A DNA stretch of 64,000 nucleotides from Candidatus Gottesmanbacteria bacterium UBA5942 (GCA_002430725.1 DJCU01000035.1:19324-83323); one strand, 5' to 3'. Positions 19,850-29,016 are shown, counted from the first letter of the stretch. The notes: generated by a model from the letters alone, not told the origin. A program made the numbers and translations.

Positions 19850-20596
19850 TTATGGAGTAGGAGTGACAGTTGCACTCACTTCTACCTGGACAGGCAAACT
19901 AAAGTCTTTGACTTGTGTCACCTCGGTCACCGTATTCAATGTTTTATCCCAAAGTCCTCGGACGCGAACTTTATGCCCTACGACCACATCAGCTTTGGTG
20001 ATGGTATCTCCGTTGCGGTTTTCAAATTTCGTGTCTGCGGAAACAGTCACCGTTTGATCTGCGCGATCACCGCTTTTTGTGCTCATTACCCAACCGTTCG
20101 CAACAAGCGACTTCACATCCCCGAAAAACACACCGAATCGCTTCTGTATCGAAATATTTCGTACCAGCGTTGCTTTTATGGCAGTGTGAGTATCATCTGT
20201 CCACAACCCAATAACATTTACTGTGTTTCCGACACTAAACTCGGAAAGATCGGATTTCCCCCAAAATCTTCGGCGGAATTGTGTTTTACTATCAAGATTG
20301 ACGGTGTAGCTCTTACCGTCTTTTTCAACGGTGAGCGTAGTGTCTGACTTGGCAGTAATAGTACCGCTCCCTATAGCCGCTCTCCCTACGCCAAGGAAGT
20401 TTTTTAATTTATCTGTTCGAGAGTCAAATCCTTCTCGAAATTTTTCTAAAATATTCTTTTTCGCTTCTATTCTCATCCCTCGCACGTCCCCTCGATCATC
20501 TCCCCTGTTATTACCGGCAAGCACCGTATTCACCGGCAAACCCAAAACCAATATAAATGCGAACGCAACGACTGCAATTTTATGAGTTGTATTCAT
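19850..20596 (-). CDS. Secreted protein with two DUF5666-like beta repeats
   Basis: Signal peptide; two GTIT...TV..D..T...VG..V.V.G repeats. Confidence 0.65.
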   Translation of the reverse strand: MNTTHKIAVVAFAFILVLGLPVNTVLAGNNRGDDRGDVRGMRIEAKKNILEKFREGFDSRTDKLKNFLGVGRAAIGSGTITAKSDTTLTVEKDGKSYTVNLDSKTQFRRRFWGKSDLSEFSVGNTVNVIGLWTDDTHTAIKATLVRNISIQKRFGVFFGDVKSLVANGWVMSTKSGDRADQTVTVSADTKFENRNGDTITKADVVVGHKVRVRGLWDKTLNTVTEVTQVKDFSLPVQVEVSATVTPTP

Positions 20597-20622
20597 AGCA
20601 CAATATTCCTTTCTCTATGTAG

Positions 20623-20649
20623 TACGAAACAAAAAGCTAAAAAGTTTCA
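20623..20649 (-). promoter_or_regulatory. SigW-type ECF promoter
   Basis: TGAAAC-17 nt (T-rich)-CGTA upstream of an SD and the ATG at 20596. Confidence 0.65.
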
Positions 20650-20650
20650 T

Positions 20651-20669
20651 CCTTCGACAAGCTCAGGAC
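20651..20669. repeat. REP-like motif CCTTCGACAAGCTCAGGAC
   Basis: Related copy at 31894-31913. Confidence 0.55.
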
Positions 20670-20673
20670 TTCA

Positions 20674-21141
20674 CTATGGAGTGTAGGTGATGGTAAGCTC
20701 TTTTTCAGAAAAATTTCCATCAGCATCGTTTGCGACTACCAATATATAGTTCTCTCCTTCATCGAGTGTAAGAGTCACAGAGAAACTACCACTATCATCA
20801 GCTCGCGTCTCTGCATCGTTCACAAACACTTCGGCTTTTGGTATCGTTTTTCCCCGAACAACCAATGACTTGCTCGTAACGGTAATGTTGTTTGTCGGGG
20901 AACTAATAGCAAGGGAAATAGCACTAGAAGTAACAACCTCTGTCTTTTTCTCTGTCGGTATTGGTGTAATGCTTATATTTTCTACTGGCTCTTGGGTTTC
21001 GGTGGGTACGGCATTATTCCCAGATGAGCTCAGTGGCGTCACTTGACTCATCGAGTATTGACGGACAAAAAATCCTGCAGCAATTATGACAAGGATGCCA
21101 ATGACAATGGGTAAGTAGTTTTTCATGCTTCCCCCTTTCAT
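20674..21141 (-). CDS. Membrane-anchored Ig-like domain protein
   Basis: TM helix, P/T linker, V.G.T.P.A.V.VN...G.F...L.EGEN.I.V.A.D. Confidence 0.7.
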   Translation of the reverse strand: MKGGSMKNYLPIVIGILVIIAAGFFVRQYSMSQVTPLSSSGNNAVPTETQEPVENISITPIPTEKKTEVVTSSAISLAISSPTNNITVTSKSLVVRGKTIPKAEVFVNDAETRADDSGSFSVTLTLDEGENYILVVANDADGNFSEKELTITYTP

Positions 21142-21144
21142 AGT

Positions 21145-21540
21145 TCACTTATTGTTGCTTGTTTTTTTACGTTTTGCAAGTTCTACAAGTCGCCGTTGCA
21201 CTATTTTTCTCCTTCTTCGGGTTATCGCCCAGATAACCACCAAAAGCATACTCAACATAAGTCCCACAAGCATTGTCTGCTGCGGAAGCTCCACAATAAT
21301 AACTGCTGCTGTATCACGCCAAAACTCAGTAATTATTTCTTTATCCTCATAAAAAATTTCCAGAAGATCGAGGGTATGCTGCTTATTAAGCACATCGTAT
21401 GTCCGCAGGAAAGATACACCAATAAGCGCCACGAGACTTAATACAATACTAATAAATATCGCTAGCCATCTCCGAGATCGACTCTCTTCGAAGCGCGTCA
21501 CTTTTTCCATCACGACCTTCGTAACATTTGTTTGTTTCAT
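21145..21540 (-). CDS. Two-TM protein, candidate anti-sigma factor
   Basis: ATGA-coupled to the ECF sigma gene; two TM helices. Confidence 0.55.
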   Translation of the reverse strand: MKQTNVTKVVMEKVTRFEESRSRRWLAIFISIVLSLVALIGVSFLRTYDVLNKQHTLDLLEIFYEDKEIITEFWRDTAAVIIVELPQQTMLVGLMLSMLLVVIWAITRRRRKIVQRRLVELAKRKKTSNNK

Positions 21541-22064
21541 AGTAATACGCGGCGAAGCGCTTCTTTGGCGCGCTTCAAATGAGTGCGTACGGTATTAACC
21601 GGTACACCAAGACGACTCGCTATCTCTTCATATGATAAATCATCGAAATAATAAAGCATAATCACTTGTTTATATTTATGATCAATAACATCAAGTGCTT
21701 CTTGTATGCGTCTATTTTCATCTTTTTTCTCCAATCGTAATTCCGGATTATCGTGTCCCGAAACCTTCTCTGCTGCTTCAAGCGGGGCGTGTATCTTTCT
21801 ACTTCGTAAATACGAAATAGCGAAGTTTCGTGTAATAGAAAATAAATATGCCGAAAGCTTCTTTTCCGTATCGATGCGATCAATCGTTTTATAGAGGCTA
21901 ATAAATGTCTCCTGAACCACATCTTGTGCTGCAGCAGCATCCCTAATGATATAACTCACAAATGAGTGAAGCTTCTTTTCGTAACGGATAACCAACTCCT
22001 CGAACGCGGAGATATTGCCTTCTTTCACCTCGCGCACAAGTGTTTCGTCATGTGTTTTCTGCAT
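21537..22064 (-). CDS. ECF RNA polymerase sigma factor
   Basis: AQDVVQETF, LSYEEIA...VNTVRTHLKRA. Confidence 0.93.
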   Translation of the reverse strand: MQKTHDETLVREVKEGNISAFEELVIRYEKKLHSFVSYIIRDAAAAQDVVQETFISLYKTIDRIDTEKKLSAYLFSITRNFAISYLRSRKIHAPLEAAEKVSGHDNPELRLEKKDENRRIQEALDVIDHKYKQVIMLYYFDDLSYEEIASRLGVPVNTVRTHLKRAKEALRRVLL

Positions 22065-22094
22065 GGTTACGGGTAATTATAGTACAATACGTAC

Positions 22095-22955
22095 ATGAAA
22101 GCCGGTGTCGTTGCCCTCGTAGGGCGCCCCAATGTAGGAAAATCTACCCTTCTTAACACCATTCTGGGACAGAAGGTCTCTATCACGTCTCCTAAACCAC
22201 AAACCACTCGTTTTCCTATACAGGCTGTGTTTGAAGACGAGCGTGGTCAAATAGTATTCATGGACACACCTGGTATATTTTCAAAGGTCATCGATCAAGT
22301 ATCCGCACGCATCAACCTGAGAACGGAAGAAACCATCGAAAAGGGAGTTGATGTGGTCGTATATATGGTAGATCACACCAGAGAACGGGCAGATGAGGAA
22401 AATCGCGTACTTGGTATAGTTCGCAAACTAAAAATTCCCAAAATTCTCGTCATAAACAAGGTGGATGTGCAAAGTCCAACGCACATGGTGCAATATCGTT
22501 TTATGGAAGATGAATTTGATCAGGTAATAGAAGTATCTGCGCTCGAAAATAAACATATCCCCTTACTCTTAAACGCGATCTTTGAATACTTACCTGAAGG
22601 CCAACCATTTATCGATACCTCTACCCTACCGCAACCAGGATTAAACCTAGACAGTAAAACATTTATTGCTGAAATTATCCGCGAGAAAGCATTTCTTAAC
22701 CTAAGACGTGAAGTGCCCTATGCGATAGCCGCATTTGTCGATGATATAGAAGAACGGGACAATGGCGTCACCTACATAAAGGCGCGACTACTTACGTCCG
22801 CTGATCGTTACAAAGGCATGATTATCGGAGCAAACGGATCTATGATAAAAGAAATAAGCATGGCCGCCCGAAAAGAACTCGAAGTTGCAGCTAACAAAAA
22901 AGTATATTTGGAACTCACCGTAGAGACTGATCCGCATTGGATAGACTACGTGTAA
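22095..22955 (+). CDS. era: GTPase Era
   Basis: GRPNVGKST, PQTTR, DTPG, NKVD, KH domain. Confidence 0.95.
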   Translation: MKAGVVALVGRPNVGKSTLLNTILGQKVSITSPKPQTTRFPIQAVFEDERGQIVFMDTPGIFSKVIDQVSARINLRTEETIEKGVDVVVYMVDHTRERADEENRVLGIVRKLKIPKILVINKVDVQSPTHMVQYRFMEDEFDQVIEVSALENKHIPLLLNAIFEYLPEGQPFIDTSTLPQPGLNLDSKTFIAEIIREKAFLNLRREVPYAIAAFVDDIEERDNGVTYIKARLLTSADRYKGMIIGANGSMIKEISMAARKELEVAANKKVYLELTVETDPHWIDYV

Positions 22956-22962
22956 TCCGAAT

Positions 22963-23162
22963 CGCTGTCCTCTTTGGGACAAAACCTACGGTTTTTTCCC
23001 AACGATTTTCCCTTCAAAGGAAGGATGATAGACAAGGCTTGCTCAAAACCGCTGACCTCTTTGGGACAAAACCTACGGAACTAATACTCGAGAGAAAACT
23101 AAAGTTTTCTCTCGACGCACTGATCCGGCATAGCCGGATGAAACCCAGCGCTACTCTCTTTC
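22963..23162 (-). repeat. Tandem cluster of two-hairpin structured elements
   Basis: 29-bp direct repeat at 22963-22991 and 23050-23078; homologous to 57581-57655 and 53926-53964. Confidence 0.8.
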
Positions 23163-23193
23163 TAAAAGGGAAATTTTCTACGATAAGAAGTGC

Positions 23194-24582
23194 CTACTCC
23201 AACCTAGATAGTGTTTCTTCTTTTCCTAGTATTTCCAAGGCCTCCAGAAGTGGCGGGCCAACAGTTTTGCCAGTTACCATCAGTCGAAGCTCCATAAATA
23301 CATCTCGCGCTTTTAGTCCGGCAGCATCTGTGGCTGCTCGTATTGATTGCTCCATTGCCCCATGTGTCCAATCTCCGATATTAAGAGCAGAGCGCAATAC
23401 TTCTTTATATTTGGCATTCACGTCACGTTCAAACTCGTCAGGTTTACCAAAAAAGAATGACGCAAGTGACCAGTAGTCACTCAGTACATGCATCCGCTCC
23501 TTTACGAGCGGCATAGTTTTCAGAAGTAGTGCTTTATCCAATTGCTTCACCCTATCGTCAAAATCAACGATGCGCGCAAGCAAATCTTCATCCTTCATAG
23601 CTCTGATATATTGTCCATTTACCCAATCAAGTTTTTTCAGATCAAAACGGGGCGCCTGTGCAGTGATCGAGGTTACTTCAAACTGCGCGATAAATTCTTC
23701 TCTGTCATAAATCTCTTTCCCTTCAGGATGGTTCCAAACAATATTCGATAAATAGTTTAGTACCGCCTCTGGCAAATACCCAGCCTTGCGATAATAATCG
23801 ACAGACGCGTGCCCATGACGCTTTGATAATTTCCCTTTCCCGTCCTCGTTAAGAATAAGTGGTAAATGACCATGTATTGGCATTTGCCAACCGAAATACT
23901 TGTATAAAAGCACATGCTTTGGTGTCGAAGAAATCCATTCTTTCCCTCGAAATACATGAGTAATTTCCATCAGGTGGTCATCGACAACCACACCGAAATG
24001 ATAGGTAGGATACCCATCTGATTTCATAATGACCTGGTGATCAATAACATCACTATCAAACTCAATATGCCCGGAAATAATGTCATCAAACGAAATTTTT
24101 TCGTGTTCAGGTATTTTCATACGAACGACATGCGGCTCATGTGCCGCTAATTTTGCCGCAACTTCCTGAGCGCTAAGTGTCATACATGTTTTGTCATACA
24201 TTGGCGGCAGATGTTTCGCTTCCTGATCTTTTCGCATAGCCTCCAGTCGTTCACGAGTACAAAAACAATAATAAGCATGTCCTTTATCGATAAGCTCTTC
24301 TGCATATTTTTTATATATAGGAAGTCGCTCAGATTGTCTGTAAGGTGCAAACGGACCACCCAACTTCGGACTTTCATCCGGTTCTAAATCAAACCATGCA
24401 AGAGAAGCATATATAACATCCTCCGCTCCTTCCACAAACCTCGCCCTATCGGTGTCCTCTAAGCGAAGAATAAACTTGCCCCCCGTTTTACGCGCGTAAG
24501 CATAATCGATAAGCACCTGGTAAATTGTCCCAATATGCGGAAAGCCCGTTGGAGAGGGCGCAATTCGTGTACGGATTGTCAT
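23194..24582 (-). CDS. gltX: Glutamate--tRNA ligase
   Basis: APSPTG.HIG, RLEDTD, KLSKR. Confidence 0.96.
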   Translation of the reverse strand: MTIRTRIAPSPTGFPHIGTIYQVLIDYAYARKTGGKFILRLEDTDRARFVEGAEDVIYASLAWFDLEPDESPKLGGPFAPYRQSERLPIYKKYAEELIDKGHAYYCFCTRERLEAMRKDQEAKHLPPMYDKTCMTLSAQEVAAKLAAHEPHVVRMKIPEHEKISFDDIISGHIEFDSDVIDHQVIMKSDGYPTYHFGVVVDDHLMEITHVFRGKEWISSTPKHVLLYKYFGWQMPIHGHLPLILNEDGKGKLSKRHGHASVDYYRKAGYLPEAVLNYLSNIVWNHPEGKEIYDREEFIAQFEVTSITAQAPRFDLKKLDWVNGQYIRAMKDEDLLARIVDFDDRVKQLDKALLLKTMPLVKERMHVLSDYWSLASFFFGKPDEFERDVNAKYKEVLRSALNIGDWTHGAMEQSIRAATDAAGLKARDVFMELRLMVTGKTVGPPLLEALEILGKEETLSRLE

Positions 24583-24653
24583 ACGATTGATTCTATCAAG
24601 TCATATCCATATACTCAATGTAGGGTACTCTTTCCTGTGGTACTATACTGCCT

Positions 24654-25727
24654 ATGAGCAACTCGTTAACAGAAACCGCTTACTACACCCGTAGAGCAAT
24701 TAATTGGTCTATATTGGGGGTTATTGGCTATATTTTGCTTCGTATATTCTGGGGACTGTTTGTCGCCGCTTATCTTGCAATATTTCCTCCACAAGCACCC
24801 CCGCCAAATCATGCATTCGGCTCACTTCCTCCACTCACATTTCCGCAGCAACAGGCGTCACCTGCAGGGCAGCTCATTTATCAGTTACAAACTATCGAAG
24901 GATCAGTGCCGGCTGCATCGCCTTCAGCCAATGTATATTTTATGCCTAAAAAAGGATCAAATCTTTTAGCTCTTTCTACCGCCCAAGCATTTGCCAAGCG
25001 GTTAGGCTTTGCTACCACGCCAATACCGGAGCCTTCCAACAAAAATATTTATCGGTTTGACGACCCGGCAAATCAACTCAGACATCTTTGGTATGACATC
25101 GTTTCCACAAATTTCATCGTGCGATATGATTTTCAACAAGATACCGGTTTATTTTTAAACAGTAAAGTTCCCTCAGCTCAAGAAGCGCGGGCAGAAGCAA
25201 GAAACGTGCTTCAAACGTATGGCTTGTATCCAGACGACTTTGCAACAGGAGACGTCCGGGTCGTATTTTATAAAGTCTCGGAAAACAAACTCGTCCCCGT
25301 TCCTAGCCAATCACAGGCAGATGCGGTGAGAGTAGATTTTTATCGACCAAATGTGGCAGGAACAAAGATAGTGACCGGCACGCTATCCGAAGGGCCAATA
25401 TCTATTGTCTTTTCAGGCTCCGGTAATCAAAAAAAGCGTATTTTGCATTTTAGCTACGCATACTGGCCAATCGATTATGAAACCTCAGCAACATACTCAC
25501 TAAAAACGAGCACACAGGCATGGCAAGAACTACAAAGCGGTGGAGGCTTTCTCTTGCAGCTGCCGAAATCACTCCTCGTTACCGTACGGAACGTATATCT
25601 CGCATACTATGATTCAGTGGAACCGCAGACCTACCTACAACCTGTCTTTGTATTTGAAGGAGATGATGGGTTCATCGCGTATGTCCCTGCAATAAACCCA
25701 GAGTACGTAGAGCAAACAACGAATTAA
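24654..25727 (+). CDS. Membrane-anchored hypothetical protein
   Basis: N-terminal TM, Pro-rich linker, C-terminal YLAYY..YLQPVFVF. Confidence 0.6.
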   Translation: MSNSLTETAYYTRRAINWSILGVIGYILLRIFWGLFVAAYLAIFPPQAPPPNHAFGSLPPLTFPQQQASPAGQLIYQLQTIEGSVPAASPSANVYFMPKKGSNLLALSTAQAFAKRLGFATTPIPEPSNKNIYRFDDPANQLRHLWYDIVSTNFIVRYDFQQDTGLFLNSKVPSAQEARAEARNVLQTYGLYPDDFATGDVRVVFYKVSENKLVPVPSQSQADAVRVDFYRPNVAGTKIVTGTLSEGPISIVFSGSGNQKKRILHFSYAYWPIDYETSATYSLKTSTQAWQELQSGGGFLLQLPKSLLVTVRNVYLAYYDSVEPQTYLQPVFVFEGDDGFIAYVPAINPEYVEQTTN

Positions 25728-25754
25728 ATATAGTTATATACAACTGCGATCGCT

Positions 25755-26726
25755 CTAATTTGTTTCTTGATTGTAATTTTGCCACTCGTAGTTTGTAAAA
25801 ACCCAATTAATGAGGGCTTCGGTATCTGCGAATCGATTAAGACTCTTAAGCACCACAATAATCACTCTATGATTATCGCGCTCGACGAGCGTCACGAGAT
25901 TTTCCCCAGCTTCTTCTGTCCAACCTGTTTTTATCCCCGCAACTCCTGGAATTTTTCCGAGTAGTGTATTGACGTTTGTCAGCGGATGAAACTGCGTATG
26001 AGTAACATCTGAAATAGTAATTTGTGGTATTGCAACTATTTTTACAATCGTTTTATTGGTCAACGCATACGAAGCAAGCCTCGTAAGATCGATAGCAGTC
26101 ATGATGTGGTTTGGGTCATCAAAACCAACCGGGTTAGTGAAATGAGTATTAGACAAATGAAGGTCTGCAGCTTTTTTATTCATCGCTTCGACAAACTTTT
26201 CCACTCCACCGGGATAATGTTCCGCCAAAGCCCACGCGGCATCGTTACCTGATTGTACAAGGGCACCATAGAGTAAATTTTCGACCGTAATCCTTTCCCC
26301 GGGAATAAGCCCCATCACTGCACCGGTGTTTGCGACCGTCTGGACATGTACCACATCATCAAGTTCATAGTTTTCAAGTGCAACAAGCGCTGTCATAATC
26401 TTGGTCGTTGAAGCAGGAAAAAGAGATACTTCGGTGTTTCTTCCAAAAAGCGTCACGCCACTTGCCACATCGTATACCACCACACCCGCTGCAGATATCT
26501 CAAGTCCTGGATATACCCCTGTAGTATTGGTTGGATATGGAGCTGGTGTTGGTGTCACAAACGGTAACCCTCTGGTAAGCGGCCCTGCAGAAGAAGAAAT
26601 TCTCTCTAGTATCTTTACTCCGGGAGAAAATACAAAAAATAATATAAATACAACAACAAATAGGATTTTATCCCAGTGCCTCAACACCCACATTTTTTTT
26701 ATGCGGTCGATTAATGACTGTGTCAT
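25755..26726 (-). CDS. D-alanyl-D-alanine carboxypeptidase (peptidase S11)
   Basis: PASTTK, SGN, KTG motifs. Confidence 0.92.
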   Translation of the reverse strand: MTQSLIDRIKKMWVLRHWDKILFVVVFILFFVFSPGVKILERISSSAGPLTRGLPFVTPTPAPYPTNTTGVYPGLEISAAGVVVYDVASGVTLFGRNTEVSLFPASTTKIMTALVALENYELDDVVHVQTVANTGAVMGLIPGERITVENLLYGALVQSGNDAAWALAEHYPGGVEKFVEAMNKKAADLHLSNTHFTNPVGFDDPNHIMTAIDLTRLASYALTNKTIVKIVAIPQITISDVTHTQFHPLTNVNTLLGKIPGVAGIKTGWTEEAGENLVTLVERDNHRVIIVVLKSLNRFADTEALINWVFTNYEWQNYNQETN

Positions 26727-28606
26727 TCGAGTGCTTTAGAAAATTCACCAATCGTAGGCTTTGCCAGCTTTTCATAGTCCTTTTCATTCATCCGTATAGA
26801 GTGGGTATGGAGACCTGCGTTAAATGAAACGTGCGCATTTGCTCCAACAGCTGCATCCATATATACAGGGATACCGAACATGTGCCCGAACGGTGGAACT
26901 GCACCAATCGTAACGCCTGTTATGTCCTCAACTTGCGCGGGAGTTGCCATCCGCAAATCACGAACATGATATAGCGCCTTAAATGCTTTCATATCCAGCT
27001 TACGGTCACCGGGGACAACAACCATAACCGGTTTTTCGTCTGCAAAAAGAACAAGCGCCTTTGCTCCTTCGTGAAGTGGTGTATTCCGTACCTTGGCAGC
27101 ATCTTCCGATGTGCGCACTGCTTCGTGTTCATACGGTTCAAATGCTAATTTGAGTGCTTTTATATCTCCAACTATACGCTCATATACTGCTTTCCCTCCG
27201 CCTTGCTTAGGATTTACCAACGTGGCCACAGAAATACCAAGCTCAACGAGCTGCTCGGGTGAAGCGGCACTTGGCGCATCCATAACACTTGTTCCTCCTG
27301 ATGCTGATGTCGGAAATGCCATGACCTCCCGCACACTTGGCTCACCCAAAAGCGCCATCATGAGACGATCGATGCCGGGAGCAATTCCTCCATGCGGCGG
27401 CACACCATAACTAAATGCGGTAAGCATGTGAGAAAATTCCTGCTTTTGTTTCTCGCTAAATCCAATCAAATCAAATACTTTTGCCTGCACTTCTGCTTGA
27501 TGTATCCGGATACTTCCTCCCCCCACCTCAAACCCATTGAGCACCAAATCATGTTGTAAACCACGAACCTTCAGGGGATCGGTGTCCAAAAGTGGTATGT
27601 CGTCAGGGTGGGGTGACGTAAACATATGATGACTGGGGGCAAATTTCGCACCTCCCGACCCATAAAAGAAATCATCGTCTTTCTGCTCATTAAACAATGG
27701 GAAATCAATTGTCCAACTAAATGCAAGCTCATCGGGATCGTTTTTATCTCTCCGAAGATCAGGCTTATCAGTACCGTACTTTTCCATGACCTCCCGATGA
27801 GATAGTCTTGGCCATGGGGTTTGGGTAATATGCTTGGTCGGAAACATAAGCCGGATAAGTGTCGTAAACATTTCCTCGGTAAGGGTAAGGATATCTTCCT
27901 GTGTCACGAAGGACATCTCCATATCAAGCTGAGTAAATTCCCCATACGCACGATCGCGGCGAGGATCCTCATCTCGAAAACACCGCGCTATCTGAAAATA
28001 TCGCTCAAACCCTGCGACCATCAAAAGCTGTTTGTACTGCTGCGGTGATTGCGGAAGCGCGTAAAACTTTCCTGGCTGCAAACGAGAGGGCACTAAAAAG
28101 TCTCTCGCGCCTTCGGGGGTAGTTTTGGTAAGAACTGGAGTTTCTATCTCAACAAAATCACGGTTGGATAAAAAATTTCGGATAAAATTAACTACTTTAC
28201 TCCGCAACCTGATGTTATGCGCCATGCGAGGACGGCGCAAATCAAGATAGCGGTATTTGACTCTGATTTCTTCGTTTACTTCACGCCCATCCGTATCTAT
28301 GGGGAACGGTAACTCGCGCGCCCTTGAAACAACTGTTATCTCCTGTATCTCCACTTCCACCGTTCCGGAAACTATTTTTTCATTCACCATTGCTTCCGGT
28401 CGCTTTTTCACAAGTCCTGTAACGGTAATCACGTCTTCGGGATGTGCATCACCCAATGATTTGCTTCCAACAAGCTGCACAACCCCCGAACGATCCCGTA
28501 AATCGAGAAACATGATCTTGCCGTGATCTCTCCGGGCAAGTACCCAACCCTGTAATATCACTGTTTTTCCTTCCAATGCCGATACCTGTGATGCGAGTGT
28601 TCTCAT
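26723..28606 (-). CDS. aspS: Aspartate--tRNA ligase (GAD-less) fused to a C-terminal YbaK/YeaK-like deacylase domain
   Basis: RDHG, YRYLDLR, PEGARDF, LPQSPQ, FRDED, PPHGG; C-terminal HEAV...GAKALV...GAVPPFG...FNAG. Start at ATG 28606; the longer track ORF reads through the T-box. Confidence 0.93.
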   Translation of the reverse strand: MRTLASQVSALEGKTVILQGWVLARRDHGKIMFLDLRDRSGVVQLVGSKSLGDAHPEDVITVTGLVKKRPEAMVNEKIVSGTVEVEIQEITVVSRARELPFPIDTDGREVNEEIRVKYRYLDLRRPRMAHNIRLRSKVVNFIRNFLSNRDFVEIETPVLTKTTPEGARDFLVPSRLQPGKFYALPQSPQQYKQLLMVAGFERYFQIARCFRDEDPRRDRAYGEFTQLDMEMSFVTQEDILTLTEEMFTTLIRLMFPTKHITQTPWPRLSHREVMEKYGTDKPDLRRDKNDPDELAFSWTIDFPLFNEQKDDDFFYGSGGAKFAPSHHMFTSPHPDDIPLLDTDPLKVRGLQHDLVLNGFEVGGGSIRIHQAEVQAKVFDLIGFSEKQKQEFSHMLTAFSYGVPPHGGIAPGIDRLMMALLGEPSVREVMAFPTSASGGTSVMDAPSAASPEQLVELGISVATLVNPKQGGGKAVYERIVGDIKALKLAFEPYEHEAVRTSEDAAKVRNTPLHEGAKALVLFADEKPVMVVVPGDRKLDMKAFKALYHVRDLRMATPAQVEDITGVTIGAVPPFGHMFGIPVYMDAAVGANAHVSFNAGLHTHSIRMNEKDYEKLAKPTIGEFSKALE

Positions 28607-28624
28607 ATATCTATCATTATGACA

Positions 28625-28795
28625 CAACAAACCCGTTCTCCTTACTATTAAATATAAGGGCGAACGGGTAATTCGCGGTACCACCTTATTTTAGTTCATA
28701 GTGTATATGAACCCTCAAACAGCTGTTACGGGCATACCCGTTTCGGTTGTTACCCCGAAACACTCCGGCTTGTCAGACCATCATCGTGTACTTCA
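28625..28795 (-). promoter_or_regulatory. T-box riboswitch leader of aspS with short Stem I and GAC specifier
   Basis: AAGGTGGTACCGCG at 28674-28687; terminator ACCCGTTC...GAACGGGT-TTGTT; TATAAT at 28802-28807. Confidence 0.88.
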
Positions 28796-28823
28796 TCTCT
28801 TATTATATTTGCCGGTTTACCGG

Positions 28824-28853
28824 TTGACAAGAGATAAGTTGCCTCTTTATAAT
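28824..28853 (+). promoter_or_regulatory. Consensus sigma70 promoter
   Basis: TTGACA-18-TATAAT. Confidence 0.8.
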
Positions 28854-28867
28854 AATTGACTGTGACT

Positions 28868-28936
28868 ATGAAATCTTGGCAGCAATCACACTTTATGACT
28901 CTTATTAACCTTCGAAAGGTCGAGGGGGTCGTGTGA
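28868..28936 (+). CDS. Putative 22-aa leader peptide MKSWQQSHFMTLINLRKVEGVV
   Basis: First ATG after the promoter; spans attenuator segments 1 and 2. Confidence 0.5.
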   Translation: MKSWQQSHFMTLINLRKVEGVV

Positions 28937-28972
28937 TGGCAACTTAAAAAAACTTTTTAGAACCAAACACAC

Positions 28973-29000
28973 GAACCCTCCACAAGGAGGGTTTTATTTT
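28973..29000 (+). terminator. Attenuator terminator
   Basis: AACCCTCC-ACAA-GGAGGGTT-TTATTTT. Confidence 0.8.
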
Positions 29001-29016
29001 GGCTTATTAACTATAC

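Noticed and set aside
22963-23078. 29-bp direct repeat as a mini CRISPR array
   Set aside because: Only two copies, a 58-bp structured spacer and no cas genes. The repeat is one arm of the dispersed hairpin element.
23118-23146. Hammerhead ribozyme (CTGAT...GAAAC)
   Set aside because: It lacks the CUGANGA core, and the hairpin belongs to the repeat element on the opposite strand.
22937-23476. 179-aa plus-strand ORF with LFGTKPT repeats
   Set aside because: It is a read-through of the DNA repeat plus antisense gltX.
28607-28684. 26-aa N-terminal extension of AspRS in the ORF track
   Set aside because: It is a translation of the T-box antiterminator and terminator.
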